Shown here: piece after piece, positions 29,042 through 38,503 of the stretch | How the letters are laid out: each line of letters opens with the position of its first letter | Position numbering within the stretch: position 1 is the stretch's first letter | Source: Vulcanococcus limneticus LL | Lineage (GTDB): Bacteria > Bacteroidota > Bacteroidia > UKL13-3 | Direction: 5' to 3' | Assembly (NCBI GenBank): GCA_943361925.1 | Contig: CALRIT020000010.1 | Span: forward strand, 13,334 to 77,333 | DNA: 64,000 bases | The notes under the pieces: generated by a model | The model's database searches: none | Seen by the model: the letters and a program-made list of their open reading frames with translations, nothing else | Told to the model about the DNA's origin: nothing | Position numbers and translations under genes: made by a program

Positions 29042-29641
29042 CTAGTAACCTCTTTCTTTTGCTAATTTATCCATCTCAGCATTGAAGATTTCTTCAAATT
29101 TCTTTTTGTCGTAATCTTGCTCTAATTTCTTTTGGTTAGAAACTGATTTTTCGATTCCGTTTAAAACAACTTGTTTGTTAGCTTCAATTGCAATCCAATA
29201 AGTATAAGTACCATTTGGCTCTTTAAACAACTTCTCTCCTATTACGGCAATATCAGTTAATTGTTGATTAGTAACTTCACGAGCCAATTCTTCAAACTTA
29301 TTGTTAAACTCTTGTTGGTTACCAATCTGACGTTGTTGAGTGTATTGATCAGTTACTTTTTTAATAGTAGTTTGAATTAAACCTGCCATTTCAGATTTTG
29401 CATTTTGCATAGCAATCTTTTTTGAAGTCTGAAGGTCTACGCTGTTTCCCGAACTTTTAGCACGGAAATTATCTTTATCACTGTAAAACTCTTTTGAACT
29501 AAAAGGCACTGAAATTTCTACTGCTCCTGTGCTTTTTTCAATAGGAGTTACATTCTTTTTCGACTTACATGAGCTTAAACTTAAAGCTAAAACTCCAATT
29601 AATAGGGCTGAACGTATCAAACCTTGTACAATCATTTTCAT
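29042..29641 (-). CDS. Lipoprotein, LPP20-like (tentative)
   Basis: 199 aa. LSLSSC lipobox. SKKIAMQNAKSEMAGLIQTTIKKVTDQY helical segment. Confidence 0.5.
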   Translation of the reverse strand: MKMIVQGLIRSALLIGVLALSLSSCKSKKNVTPIEKSTGAVEISVPFSSKEFYSDKDNFRAKSSGNSVDLQTSKKIAMQNAKSEMAGLIQTTIKKVTDQYTQQRQIGNQQEFNNKFEELAREVTNQQLTDIAVIGEKLFKEPNGTYTYWIAIEANKQVVLNGIEKSVSNQKKLEQDYDKKKFEEIFNAEMDKLAKERGY

Positions 29642-29729
29642 AACCTTTGTTATTTATGTTTATGTGTTAATCAAAAGAAATGCCAAAATGAAAACCAAAC
29701 AAACTATTTCTAATATTTTTTAAAAAATA

Positions 29730-30443
29730 TTATTTATTAGTCTCATTAACAGGAGAATGACATTCGGTTTCAATTTTAGATTCTACATTAATTTTAGGGC
29801 TTAAATAAGGAATTCCAAGATTTAGGCCCCGAACAATAAACAAACAACCAATTAAAATAGCCAGGTATGGAGTTAATTTACTTATTCTATTTCTTATGCC
29901 TGAAGATAGAAATTGTCCTATTATAGAAACTCCAAACATCATTGGAAGCGTACCCAATCCGAATATCATCATAAATATGGCACCATGAAATACATCTTGA
30001 GTAGCGGTTGCACCAATTAAAGCGATGTAAACAAAACCACAAGGGAGCAATCCGTTTAATAAGCCAATTGCAAACAATGAGGCCATGTTAGCTTTAGCAA
30101 AAAGACTCTTAAATAATTTGTTTGAAAATAGTTTTAATGGATTGAAGCTTGAACCTGCTTTTGTAAACTTTGATAAAATGATACTTAAAATAATAAGTAT
30201 CCCAGCTCCAATGCTCAAACTCTGTTGTATTCCTGCAAGCTTCAGTCCTAAACCAAAAGCTCCCAGGATAATTCCCAGGAGCATATAGGTAAAAATTCTA
30301 CCGCTGTTGTAAATAAGTCTGCCAATATAAAAACCGATGCCTGAGTTTTCTTTACCAGGAAGTGCAAAGGCAATAGGCCCGCACATTCCTGCACAATGAA
30401 AACTACCAAATAAACCGGTTAAAAAAGCAGTAAGATACAACAT
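29730..30443 (-). CDS. TauE/SafE- or DsbD_2-type membrane protein associated with cbb3 oxidase maturation genes
   Basis: 237 aa, polytopic. N-terminal GSFHCAGMCGPI motif. Starts 2 nt after the fixH stop. Confidence 0.6.
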   Translation of the reverse strand: MLYLTAFLTGLFGSFHCAGMCGPIAFALPGKENSGIGFYIGRLIYNSGRIFTYMLLGIILGAFGLGLKLAGIQQSLSIGAGILIILSIILSKFTKAGSSFNPLKLFSNKLFKSLFAKANMASLFAIGLLNGLLPCGFVYIALIGATATQDVFHGAIFMMIFGLGTLPMMFGVSIIGQFLSSGIRNRISKLTPYLAILIGCLFIVRGLNLGIPYLSPKINVESKIETECHSPVNETNK

Positions 30444-30444
30444 C

Positions 30445-30873
30445 CTATTTTAGTTCAATTTCCTTTTCTGTTGAATATTGAGTATTGTCTCTTGTCCAGT
30501 TTAAACTCAATTTCCACTTTCCTTTTTCATAAGAATTCATATCAACTTCAAAAATTGACAATGGATTCAAATCAATAGCAAATTCTTTATCCAACTTAGG
30601 GTTATTAGGCTTATACAGTTTCAAGATACCTTTAACTGTAGTACTATCTTCCATATTCACTACATTGATTTTTGAGTTTTCGAAATTCAATGCAGTAAAA
30701 TTATCGGTATTACCCGAAATATTAATTTCATCCTGATACTTGATTCCTTTTTCATAATAGCCTTCTTCTACCAATGGCACATCAGTTTGTGAAATCCTAA
30801 TCACCATAAACACCACAAATCCCATAAAACAAGCTGCAAAAAACATCAGCTTTGTGCCCCAATTAATCTTCAT
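30445..30873 (-). CDS. ccoH: FixH/CcoH-family protein
   Basis: 142 aa. A single N-terminal TM helix followed by a beta-rich domain, positioned between ccoG and the TauE-like gene as in other cbb3 loci. Confidence 0.6.
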   Translation of the reverse strand: MKINWGTKLMFFAACFMGFVVFMVIRISQTDVPLVEEGYYEKGIKYQDEINISGNTDNFTALNFENSKINVVNMEDSTTVKGILKLYKPNNPKLDKEFAIDLNPLSIFEVDMNSYEKGKWKLSLNWTRDNTQYSTEKEIELK

Positions 30874-30912
30874 ATCTTTTAATTTTTGCTAAATATAAAC
30901 AGGAATTTAATT

Positions 30913-32325
30913 TTACTTATTAATAAAAATTGGTCCATTGAATTTTGACTTAACCGACTCAATTAATACACCATTACTATACACTTCAATTTTTACTGGA
31001 GTACTAATTTTTACAATATCATTAGGATCTCGTTCAATGAAGAAACTTGCTTTTCCAACACTTTCTTGTTCTACCAAAATATCATTTCCCTCAACCAATT
31101 TAATCTCACCTTTTGGCTCAATTAATTTTAACTGGATAGGTAATTCTCTAAAGGTTTTATTTACAAATTCAATATTATACAAATTCGAAATTTTACCTGT
31201 TTCAGTTTTTTGGTATAACATACCCGGAGTTCTTAAAAGCGTTGTTTCAATATCTTTTCTGGTAATTAAGGCGAATAAAAACACTGAGAACAATCCTACC
31301 AAAACTACTGAATAAGCAATGTTTCTAGGATTAAATGTAAATTTCTTACCTAAGGTTATTCCGTTTAATGAGTCAAAACGAACCAATCCTTTAGGTTTAT
31401 TTATTTTCACCATTACTTCATCACATGCATCAATACAAGCAGTACAGTTTACACACTCCAATTGTGTACCGTTTCTGATATCAATTCCGGTAGGACAAAC
31501 ATTCACGCACAATTTACAATCTATACAATCCCCCTTTTTACTTGGATCAGTTTTATCTACCTTTCCTCTTGGTTCACCGCGAACAAAATCGTAAGCAACA
31601 ACAATTGAGTTTTTATCGAGCATTAATCCTTGTAAACGACCATAAGGGCAAATGAAAATACAAACCAATTCTCTTAAACGAGCAAATACAAAATAGAAAA
31701 CTGTAGTAAACAAAGCCAATGCCATAAATTTACCTAAATGAGCTGCAGGACCATCTTCAACCATTAGCCATAATTCATCAAGACTAATGATATAGGCTAA
31801 AAATGTATTTGCTATGATAAACGACATTAGCCAAAAGAGCAGGTGTTTTAATCCTTTTCGCCAAATTTTATTAAAGTCGTAATCAGCTTCAGCTAATTTT
31901 TTTTGTTGATTGGCATCTCCTTCAATCAGGTACTCTATTTTTCTAAAGAGCATCTCCATAAAAATGGTTTGAGGACAAGCCCAACCGCACCAAACACGAC
32001 CAAAAACAACAGTAAATAAAATAATAAAGAGTACAAAAGTTAGCATCAAAAGGGCAAACAGGTTTAAATCCTGAGGCCAAAATACCATACCAAATATGAT
32101 GAACTTTCTTTCGAGAACATTTAATAACAAAAGAGGTTTTCCATTTAGTTTTAGGAAAGGCCCACTAAACATGAGACCCATCAAAAACCAGGAAAACCAA
32201 GTTCTGTAATTGTAAAAATTTCCTTTGGGCTTCTTAGGAAAAATCCATAAACGCTTGCCCTTTTTGTCAACGTTAGCAAGTTTATCTCTAAACTGCTGTT
32301 GATCTAATGCTTTAGCACCTTCCAT
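30913..32325 (-). CDS. ccoG: Cytochrome c oxidase accessory protein CcoG (polyferredoxin)
   Basis: 470 aa. CGWACPQT, the ferredoxin motifs CIDCKLCVNVCPTGIDIR and CVNCTACIDACD, and a C-terminal FixG-type domain. Confidence 0.9.
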   Translation of the reverse strand: MEGAKALDQQQFRDKLANVDKKGKRLWIFPKKPKGNFYNYRTWFSWFLMGLMFSGPFLKLNGKPLLLLNVLERKFIIFGMVFWPQDLNLFALLMLTFVLFIILFTVVFGRVWCGWACPQTIFMEMLFRKIEYLIEGDANQQKKLAEADYDFNKIWRKGLKHLLFWLMSFIIANTFLAYIISLDELWLMVEDGPAAHLGKFMALALFTTVFYFVFARLRELVCIFICPYGRLQGLMLDKNSIVVAYDFVRGEPRGKVDKTDPSKKGDCIDCKLCVNVCPTGIDIRNGTQLECVNCTACIDACDEVMVKINKPKGLVRFDSLNGITLGKKFTFNPRNIAYSVVLVGLFSVFLFALITRKDIETTLLRTPGMLYQKTETGKISNLYNIEFVNKTFRELPIQLKLIEPKGEIKLVEGNDILVEQESVGKASFFIERDPNDIVKISTPVKIEVYSNGVLIESVKSKFNGPIFINK

Positions 32326-32337
32326 AATCTTTTGTAT

Positions 32338-32416
32338 CTAAAAAAAACAAAAGCTGTATCAGTTTCCTATTTGCTTATCTGTTTGCTGACATAAGCGAGG
32401 AAGCTGATACAGCTTT
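32338..32416 (-). terminator. Large nested hairpin plus U-run between ccoP and ccoG
   Basis: 18-nt arms aaagctgtatcagtttcc (32350-32367) and ggaagctgatacagcttt (32399-32416) with one mismatch. An inner stem gcttat/ataagc sits in the loop. The minus-strand transcript continues ttttgtttttttt. Only 12 nt separate it from the ccoG ATG. Confidence 0.7.
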
Positions 32417-32428
32417 AAAAATCAAATT

Positions 32429-33322
32429 CTATTTAGAGGCTACAATTGTACTATCTGCAACTACAGCAGTACTATCAGATGCAGCCGGAGCCGCTGCTCC
32501 ACCTTCAACGAATAAGTCACCTTGAGCTTCTTTAGGGTTTGCAGGTTTTGTACCTTTAATACTCTTAATAAATGAAGCCAAATCTTGCATTTGTTTTCCG
32601 TTTAAAGAATTCTGCCATGAAATCATACCTTTCGCAGGCACACCATATTTAATGGTTTTGAAGATATCATTTACAGAACCACCATGCAACCAATAATCAT
32701 CAGTTAAGTTAGGACCAACTTTACCTTCACCATTATCACCATGACAAACAGCACATTTTTCTTTGTATAAAGTAGTACCTGAAGTTAATGATTTTTCATC
32801 AGTCATTAGTTTCACTGAATTTTCATCAATTGCATTTCCAGCCAATTTCAAATAAGCTTCTTTTTCAGAATTTGCAACTGCTACTTGTTCTTTGTATTCA
32901 TCATCCTGAAGTTTTGAAAACTTGAAATAATGGTAATTGAATAAGTAAATAATTGCAACAATGATAGTAGTATAGAAAATAAAGTTGAACCAAGGTGGAG
33001 TAGGATTATCTAATTCACTGATACCATCAAAATCTTCATCCATACGAAGTTCTTCTTCTGTTTTTTCTGATTTAACAGCTGCGAATCTATCCCACCAGCT
33101 AAGTTGTGGACGACCATCAGTATTTTTTAAACCTTTGACAGCGTTTGTAAGAATGTTCAACAATAAGAAAAGGAATACCAATAATACAATGTTTACAACT
33201 ATTAAAATAGCTGAAAGACTTACTGGTTCCGATGCAGCCTTAGTGGCTTCCTGGGCATTTGTCACTCCTGCTAAAAGAATGAGAACGGCCAAACTGAAAT
33301 ATTTTTTATTCATGAGTTGCAT
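32429..33322 (-). CDS. ccoP: cbb3-type cytochrome c oxidase subunit III (CcoP/FixP), a single heme c motif seen
   Basis: FixP N-terminal motif DGISELDNPTPPWFNFIFY. One CxxCH (CAVCHG) with a distal KGMISW. There is an extra N-terminal signal/TM segment and an Ala/Ser-rich tail. Confidence 0.8.
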   Translation of the reverse strand: MQLMNKKYFSLAVLILLAGVTNAQEATKAASEPVSLSAILIVVNIVLLVFLFLLLNILTNAVKGLKNTDGRPQLSWWDRFAAVKSEKTEEELRMDEDFDGISELDNPTPPWFNFIFYTTIIVAIIYLFNYHYFKFSKLQDDEYKEQVAVANSEKEAYLKLAGNAIDENSVKLMTDEKSLTSGTTLYKEKCAVCHGDNGEGKVGPNLTDDYWLHGGSVNDIFKTIKYGVPAKGMISWQNSLNGKQMQDLASFIKSIKGTKPANPKEAQGDLFVEGGAAAPAASDSTAVVADSTIVASK

Positions 33323-33329
33323 GGGTTAT

Positions 33330-33488
33330 TTAATCTAAGGGTTTATTTTTCATGTCATTGAAATAAGTCTTATCTGTTTTCCATATCCAGATTAAAACTC
33401 CTGCAAAAAAGCTCATGAAAACTATAAGTGAGAATATCAAATATCCGTTCTCAATCCCTGTCATTGCTGAAATATGTTGTCTAAACAT
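33330..33488 (-). CDS. ccoQ: CcoQ-like small membrane subunit (52 aa), not in the ORF track
   Basis: Hand translation gives MFRQHISAMTGIENGYLIFSLIVFMSFFAGVLIWIWKTDKTYFNDMKNKPLD. It has a single TM helix and lies between ccoNO and ccoP. Confidence 0.55.
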   Translation of the reverse strand: MFRQHISAMTGIENGYLIFSLIVFMSFFAGVLIWIWKTDKTYFNDMKNKPLD

Positions 33489-33538
33489 TGTTTTAAATTT
33501 TAATGGTTACAGAATTCAAATAAGACTTAAAATGAAAT

Positions 33539-35668
33539 TTATTTACTTGCTGTTTTACTCAATTTAATATCAGTTCCCAGTCTTTGTAAGTATGCAATCA
33601 TGGCAATAATTTCCTTGTTTGCATCAACAGGATATCCCTCTTTTACTAAACCTGCTGCAATTTTTTCTGATTGTGCTTTTAAATCAGCTTCAGCTTTTTC
33701 TGCATATCCTTTTTCATAAGGAACACCTAAAGTTTGCATAGCTTTGATTTTATCAGCTGTATTAGAAGTATTCAAATCATTTTCTGCAAGCCAAGGGTAA
33801 GATGGCATAATAGATCCTGGTGACATAGAACCTGGTTCAATCATGTGATTGAAATGCCAGCTATCAGGATACTTTCCACCAACACGCATCAAATCAGGAC
33901 CGGTACGTTTTGAACCCCATAAGAATGGATGGTCATAAACATATTCACCTGCTTTTGAATATTCACCATATCTTTCAGTTTCACTGCGGAAAGGACGAAT
34001 CATTTGAGAATGGCAGCTTACACAACCTTCACGGATGTAAATATCACGTCCTTGTAATTCTAAAGGTGTATATGGTTTTACACTAGTAATGGTTGGAATA
34101 TTACTCTTAATGGTAAGCATTGGAATAATTTCAATTACACCACCAATTAAAATAACCAAAATAGTTAATACCATAAATGTAATTGGTTTACGCTCGAAAG
34201 CTTTATGCCAGTAACTATGTGAACCATGAGCTACATAATCTTTTTCTAATGCAGGAGCTTCTGCATCTTCATTTGCAATTAATTTACCTGAAGCAGCAGT
34301 TTTAATTAAGTTATAACCCATAATGAACACACCACTTAAGAACATAGTACCACCAATTGAACGCATAACATGCATTGGTAAAACCTGTAATGTTGTTTCC
34401 AAGAAGTTTGGATATTTTAATAAACCTTCAGGTAAAAACTCTTTCCACATCATACCTTGAGCAAATCCACTCCAGTACATAGGAATTGCATAGAATAATA
34501 TTCCTAAAGTAGAAATCCAGAAATGGATATTGGCTAGTGATTTACTGTATAATTTAGTACCATATATTTTTGGTACCATCCAATAGAACATACCAAAAGT
34601 CATTAAACCATTCCATCCTAAAGCACCAGTATGAACGTGTGCAACTATCCAGTCTGTAAAGTGGGCTATTGCATTTACATTTTTCAATGAAAGTAATGGA
34701 CCTTCAAAAGTTGCCATACCGTAAGCTGTAACACCTACTGCAAAGAATTTCAAAACAGGCTCATCTCGTACTCTATCCCAAGCACCACGAAGTGTCAACA
34801 ATCCATTGATCATACCACCCCATGATGGAGCAATCAACATAATTGAAAATACAACACCTAATGATTGTGCCCAATCAGGTAAAGAAGAATATAATAAATG
34901 GTGAGGACCAGCCCAGATGTATAAGAAAATTAATGTCCAGAAGTGTAAAATAGAAAGTTTATAAGAATAAACCGGTCTGTTTACAGCTTTTGGCAAGAAA
35001 TAGTACATCAAACCTAAATAAGGAGTTGTTAAAAAGAATGCTACTGCATTATGTCCGTACCACCATTGTACCAAAGCATCTTGAACACCTGCATATAACA
35101 TGTAACTTTTAGTCATGCTAATTGGTAATTCAAAAGAGTTAACAATGTGTAAAACAGCAACTGTAACAAATGTTGCTAAGTAGAACCAAATAGCAACATA
35201 CATGTGACGCTCTCTGCGTTTAATGATAGTTCCAATCATATTGATACCGAAAACTACCCATACCAAAGCAATTGCAATATCAATAGGCCATTCTAATTCA
35301 GCATATTCTTTTGATGTTGTAAGTCCTAATGGTAATGTAACCGCTGCGGCAACAATAATTAACTGCCAGCCCCAAAAGTGAATATTACTCAGTAAATCAC
35401 TGAATAATCTTGCTTTACAAAGGCGTTGTAAAGAATAATAAATACCAGCGAAAATAGCATTACCAACGAATGCAAAAATTACCGCATTGGTATGAAGTGG
35501 TCTTAAACGACCGAAAGAAGTGTAAGGTATGCCTAAATTTAATGCAGGATAATATAGCTGCACGGCTATAATTACACCTACCAGCATACCAACGATTGCA
35601 AAGATTGTTGATGCAATCATGAAGTTCCGGACTATCCGGTTGTCATACGAGAATTGTTCTACTTGCAT
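33539..35668 (-). CDS. ccoNO: Fused cbb3-type cytochrome c oxidase subunits I and II (CcoN-CcoO)
   Basis: 709 aa. A heme-copper oxidase core with 12 or more helices (HFWGWQL, VAHVHTGALGW, WSGFAQGMMW), then one TM helix and the monoheme CcoO part (REGCVSCHSQMIRP). Confidence 0.95.
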   Translation of the reverse strand: MQVEQFSYDNRIVRNFMIASTIFAIVGMLVGVIIAVQLYYPALNLGIPYTSFGRLRPLHTNAVIFAFVGNAIFAGIYYSLQRLCKARLFSDLLSNIHFWGWQLIIVAAAVTLPLGLTTSKEYAELEWPIDIAIALVWVVFGINMIGTIIKRRERHMYVAIWFYLATFVTVAVLHIVNSFELPISMTKSYMLYAGVQDALVQWWYGHNAVAFFLTTPYLGLMYYFLPKAVNRPVYSYKLSILHFWTLIFLYIWAGPHHLLYSSLPDWAQSLGVVFSIMLIAPSWGGMINGLLTLRGAWDRVRDEPVLKFFAVGVTAYGMATFEGPLLSLKNVNAIAHFTDWIVAHVHTGALGWNGLMTFGMFYWMVPKIYGTKLYSKSLANIHFWISTLGILFYAIPMYWSGFAQGMMWKEFLPEGLLKYPNFLETTLQVLPMHVMRSIGGTMFLSGVFIMGYNLIKTAASGKLIANEDAEAPALEKDYVAHGSHSYWHKAFERKPITFMVLTILVILIGGVIEIIPMLTIKSNIPTITSVKPYTPLELQGRDIYIREGCVSCHSQMIRPFRSETERYGEYSKAGEYVYDHPFLWGSKRTGPDLMRVGGKYPDSWHFNHMIEPGSMSPGSIMPSYPWLAENDLNTSNTADKIKAMQTLGVPYEKGYAEKAEADLKAQSEKIAAGLVKEGYPVDANKEIIAMIAYLQRLGTDIKLSKTASK

Positions 35669-35698
35669 GGGGGTTTATTAGAATTGATTTTATGGTAC

Positions 35699-35706
35699 CA
35701 AAAATA
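35699..35706 (-). promoter_or_regulatory. -7 promoter box TATTTTTG for ccoNO
   Basis: Minus strand reads TATTTTTG, 30 nt upstream of the ccoNO ATG (35668). Confidence 0.5.
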
Positions 35707-35750
35707 TCAGCATAATTATGGCTAAAATATGACAGGGGTTAGTTTGCTTC

Positions 35751-35764
35751 ATGACTTTTATCAG
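35751..35764 (-). promoter_or_regulatory. Candidate Crp/Fnr-family operator (TGA-N6-TCA palindrome)
   Basis: Plus strand aTGACTTTTATCAg. It lies 44 nt upstream of the TATTTTTG box, the same spacing as the site at 39414-39427. Confidence 0.45.
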
Positions 35765-35820
35765 AATGAAAATTATTGGTAGTGCCTTCAATTTATTGAG
35801 GCATTAAGCATAATACATGC

Positions 35821-35853
35821 AAAAAAAATAGCCACATCGTTTGATATGGCTAT
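35821..35853 (-). terminator. Rho-independent terminator after ccoS
   Basis: atagcca / 12-nt loop / tggctat. An A-run of 8 on the plus strand gives a U-run on the minus-strand transcript. Confidence 0.7.
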
Positions 35854-35893
35854 TTCTTTATTTGAGAAACTTATTATTTCAAAAAAATTGCTA

Positions 35894-36067
35894 TTACTTT
35901 TTTATTTCGACTTCTTCCTTTTTTACAATAGCATCATCAAACAAAATTCTAACTGATGGCGTATAATCATCTTCCATTTGCCCGGATTTAACAGTCCAGA
36001 TAAATGCGGCTAAAAAACCGAGTGCCATTACTAAACTTACTCCTATCAATAAAAATATAATATTCAT
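35894..36067 (-). CDS. ccoS: cbb3 oxidase maturation protein CcoS (57 aa), not in the ORF track
   Basis: Hand translation gives MNIIFLLIGVSLVMALGFLAAFIWTVKSGQMEDDYTPSVRILFDDAIVKKEEVEIKK. FIWxxKSGQxxD is the CcoS/FixS signature. It starts 7 nt after the ccoI stop. Confidence 0.75.
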   Translation of the reverse strand: MNIIFLLIGVSLVMALGFLAAFIWTVKSGQMEDDYTPSVRILFDDAIVKKEEVEIKK

Positions 36068-36073
36068 CTTAAT

Positions 36074-38500
36074 TTATTTATTACTATTTGTAAAAATGCC
36101 GTTTTTCATAGCAAAGAATGTAGTCATTCCCGTTGTGAAAACGATAACCGATATAGAACTTACAGGCATTAAAATTGCAGCAATCAATGGTGATAATATT
36201 CCTTGAACTGCAAAACTTAATCCTACCAGGTTATACATTAAAGAAATTATAAAACTTAATCTAATTACTAATAATGTATGATTCGCAAATTTGAAAAACT
36301 TACCTGTGTTTTCGAAAACTGATGCATCCATAATAGCATCGCTTGCAGGAGAAAAATGAGCAGTATTTTCTGTTACAGAAATTCCTAAATCAGCAACCTT
36401 TAAAGCTCCTGCATCATTTAATCCATCTCCAATCATTGCGGTAGTTTGTCCGTTTGCTCTTAGTTGGTCAATAAACAACATTTTATCAGCAGGACTCTGA
36501 TTAAATCTCATTTCTGAATTTTGAGGAAAGAACTTAGCCATCGTAACTTTTTCAGTATCTCTATCGCCACTTAACAAACTAAGTTTTCTATTTAAACTTA
36601 ATTCATTCAAAACTTCAGTTAGATGAGTACGATAAGCATGTTTGATTTCAAAAAAACCTAACAATTCTTGGTTGAATTCAATATAAACTAAAGAAGCCAG
36701 ATCATTTGTTGCACTATTAACTTTTACTCCTAAATAAGATGCACTTCCTAATCTAATTGAATGATTAGCAATCTTAGCACTTAAACCTTTTCCTTGAATT
36801 TCAGAAAACTCATCAACAGGAATTAATATAGAATCTTGCTTTAGATATGAACTGATTTTCTTACTTAATGGATGCACAGATTGGTTACAAATACTGTAAA
36901 CATAATTGTTCAATTCAGTAGTTAATTCAGGTCCATGAAAAACAACACCTGCATCAGATGAATCTGTTAAGGTGCCAGTTTTATCAAAAACAATATGTTT
37001 AATCTTGGCCATTTTCTCTACTACTTCTGGACCTTTTAAATACAATTTTGCTCTGCCCAATAATCTCATTGCGTTTCCTAGAGCAAATGGACTTGATAAA
37101 GCCAAAGCACAAGGACAAGCAATAATAAGAACAGCTGTAAATGCATCTAAACTTTTAGAAGGATCTTGAACCAACCAAAACAAAGCTGATGTAATAGCAA
37201 TACCCAACAAGAAAAAAGTAAAATACTTACTTACCATGGTTTGAAAACTTTCCATTTGACTTTTTGAGTCTTTTGAAAATTGTTCTGAATTCCATAATTG
37301 AGTAAGGTAACTTTGAGAAACATGTTTGCAAACTTCCAACTCAAGATTTCCTGAAGTTTGACGACCACCTGCATAAACCAACTCACCTAATGTTTTATGA
37401 ATAGCAACACTTTCTCCAGTAACGAAGCTAAAATCTATTTGTGCATCTCCTTTTAGGAGAATTGAATCAGCCGGAATAATTTCGTTGTTTCTGATTAAGA
37501 TTCTATCACCAATTTTTAAATTACTTACAGGAACAGTAGTTTCTGAATTTTCATTAATAACAGAAACAGCTACCGGGAAATATGATTTATAATCACGTTC
37601 AAAAGAAATGGTATCAATAGTTCTTTGTTGAACCCATTTACCTAATAATAAGAAAAATACTAAACCAGCCAATGTATCAAAATAACCTAAACCAGTATGA
37701 GAAAAAATCTCATAAGTACTTCTAACAAACATCACTAAAATCCCTAAAGCTAGAGGGAAATCAATGTTGATTATTCGCTTTCTTAAGCTCTTATATGCTG
37801 ATATAAAATAATCACTTGAACTATATAAAAATGTAGGTAAAGCCAGAAAGAAATTTAAGTAACCAAATAAGTAGGAAAATGTCGACTTTGAAAATGCATC
37901 CAACCCAAAATATTCCGGAAAACTTATGAGCATGATATTGCCAAAACAAAACCCGGCAACACCAACACGGTATAATAATTTATTGTTTGATTCCAGCTTC
38001 TTTTTTCCTTCTAAATCATTAAGATTTAAAGAAGGTTCATAACCTATAGAAGCAAGTAATTCCACCAAAGATTTAAGTGAAAGAACATGGTGATCGAAAC
38101 TTATAATTAATTGCTTCTTTAAAAAATCTACCCTACTGCTTTTTACTCCCCTTTCCAGCTTGTATAAACTTTCCAAAAGCCAAATGCAACTGCTACAATG
38201 CATAGTTGGAATATGAAAAGTAATTCTGGAAATTTTTTCATCAGAATATTGAATGAGTTGCCTTTTGATTTGCTCATCATCAAGAAAATTAAACTTTACT
38301 TTTGAAACAGGATTTTTTCTGGTTGTTCCCGGTGAATCTTGTAAATTATAGTATTCACAAAGATTGTTTTGCGATAAAATTTCGTAAACCTGCTGACATC
38401 CATTGCAACAAAAATCCTTCTCCTCAAAAATTAAATGAGTATTTTGAATGGTATCTCCGCAATGGAAGCAGGCTACTTTATTCTTTACAACCTTTACCAT
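36074..38500 (-). CDS. ccoI: Heavy-metal (copper) translocating P1B-type ATPase CcoI/FixI
   Basis: 808 aa. N-terminal Cys-rich CFHCGD...CCNGC, an HMA-like MHCSSC, the transmembrane CPC (ACPCALALSSP), the phosphorylation site DKTGTLT, and the GDGLNDAGAL hinge. Confidence 0.9.
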   Translation of the reverse strand: MVKVVKNKVACFHCGDTIQNTHLIFEEKDFCCNGCQQVYEILSQNNLCEYYNLQDSPGTTRKNPVSKVKFNFLDDEQIKRQLIQYSDEKISRITFHIPTMHCSSCIWLLESLYKLERGVKSSRVDFLKKQLIISFDHHVLSLKSLVELLASIGYEPSLNLNDLEGKKKLESNNKLLYRVGVAGFCFGNIMLISFPEYFGLDAFSKSTFSYLFGYLNFFLALPTFLYSSSDYFISAYKSLRKRIINIDFPLALGILVMFVRSTYEIFSHTGLGYFDTLAGLVFFLLLGKWVQQRTIDTISFERDYKSYFPVAVSVINENSETTVPVSNLKIGDRILIRNNEIIPADSILLKGDAQIDFSFVTGESVAIHKTLGELVYAGGRQTSGNLELEVCKHVSQSYLTQLWNSEQFSKDSKSQMESFQTMVSKYFTFFLLGIAITSALFWLVQDPSKSLDAFTAVLIIACPCALALSSPFALGNAMRLLGRAKLYLKGPEVVEKMAKIKHIVFDKTGTLTDSSDAGVVFHGPELTTELNNYVYSICNQSVHPLSKKISSYLKQDSILIPVDEFSEIQGKGLSAKIANHSIRLGSASYLGVKVNSATNDLASLVYIEFNQELLGFFEIKHAYRTHLTEVLNELSLNRKLSLLSGDRDTEKVTMAKFFPQNSEMRFNQSPADKMLFIDQLRANGQTTAMIGDGLNDAGALKVADLGISVTENTAHFSPASDAIMDASVFENTGKFFKFANHTLLVIRLSFIISLMYNLVGLSFAVQGILSPLIAAILMPVSSISVIVFTTGMTTFFAMKNGIFTNSNK

Positions 38501-38503
38501 TGT

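Noticed and set aside
30938-33338. Plus-strand ORFs of 91-125 aa (30938-31315, 31319-31594, 32985-33338).
   Set aside because: They are antisense to the well-supported ccoG and ccoP genes and have no motifs. They are typical chance ORFs opposite coding DNA.
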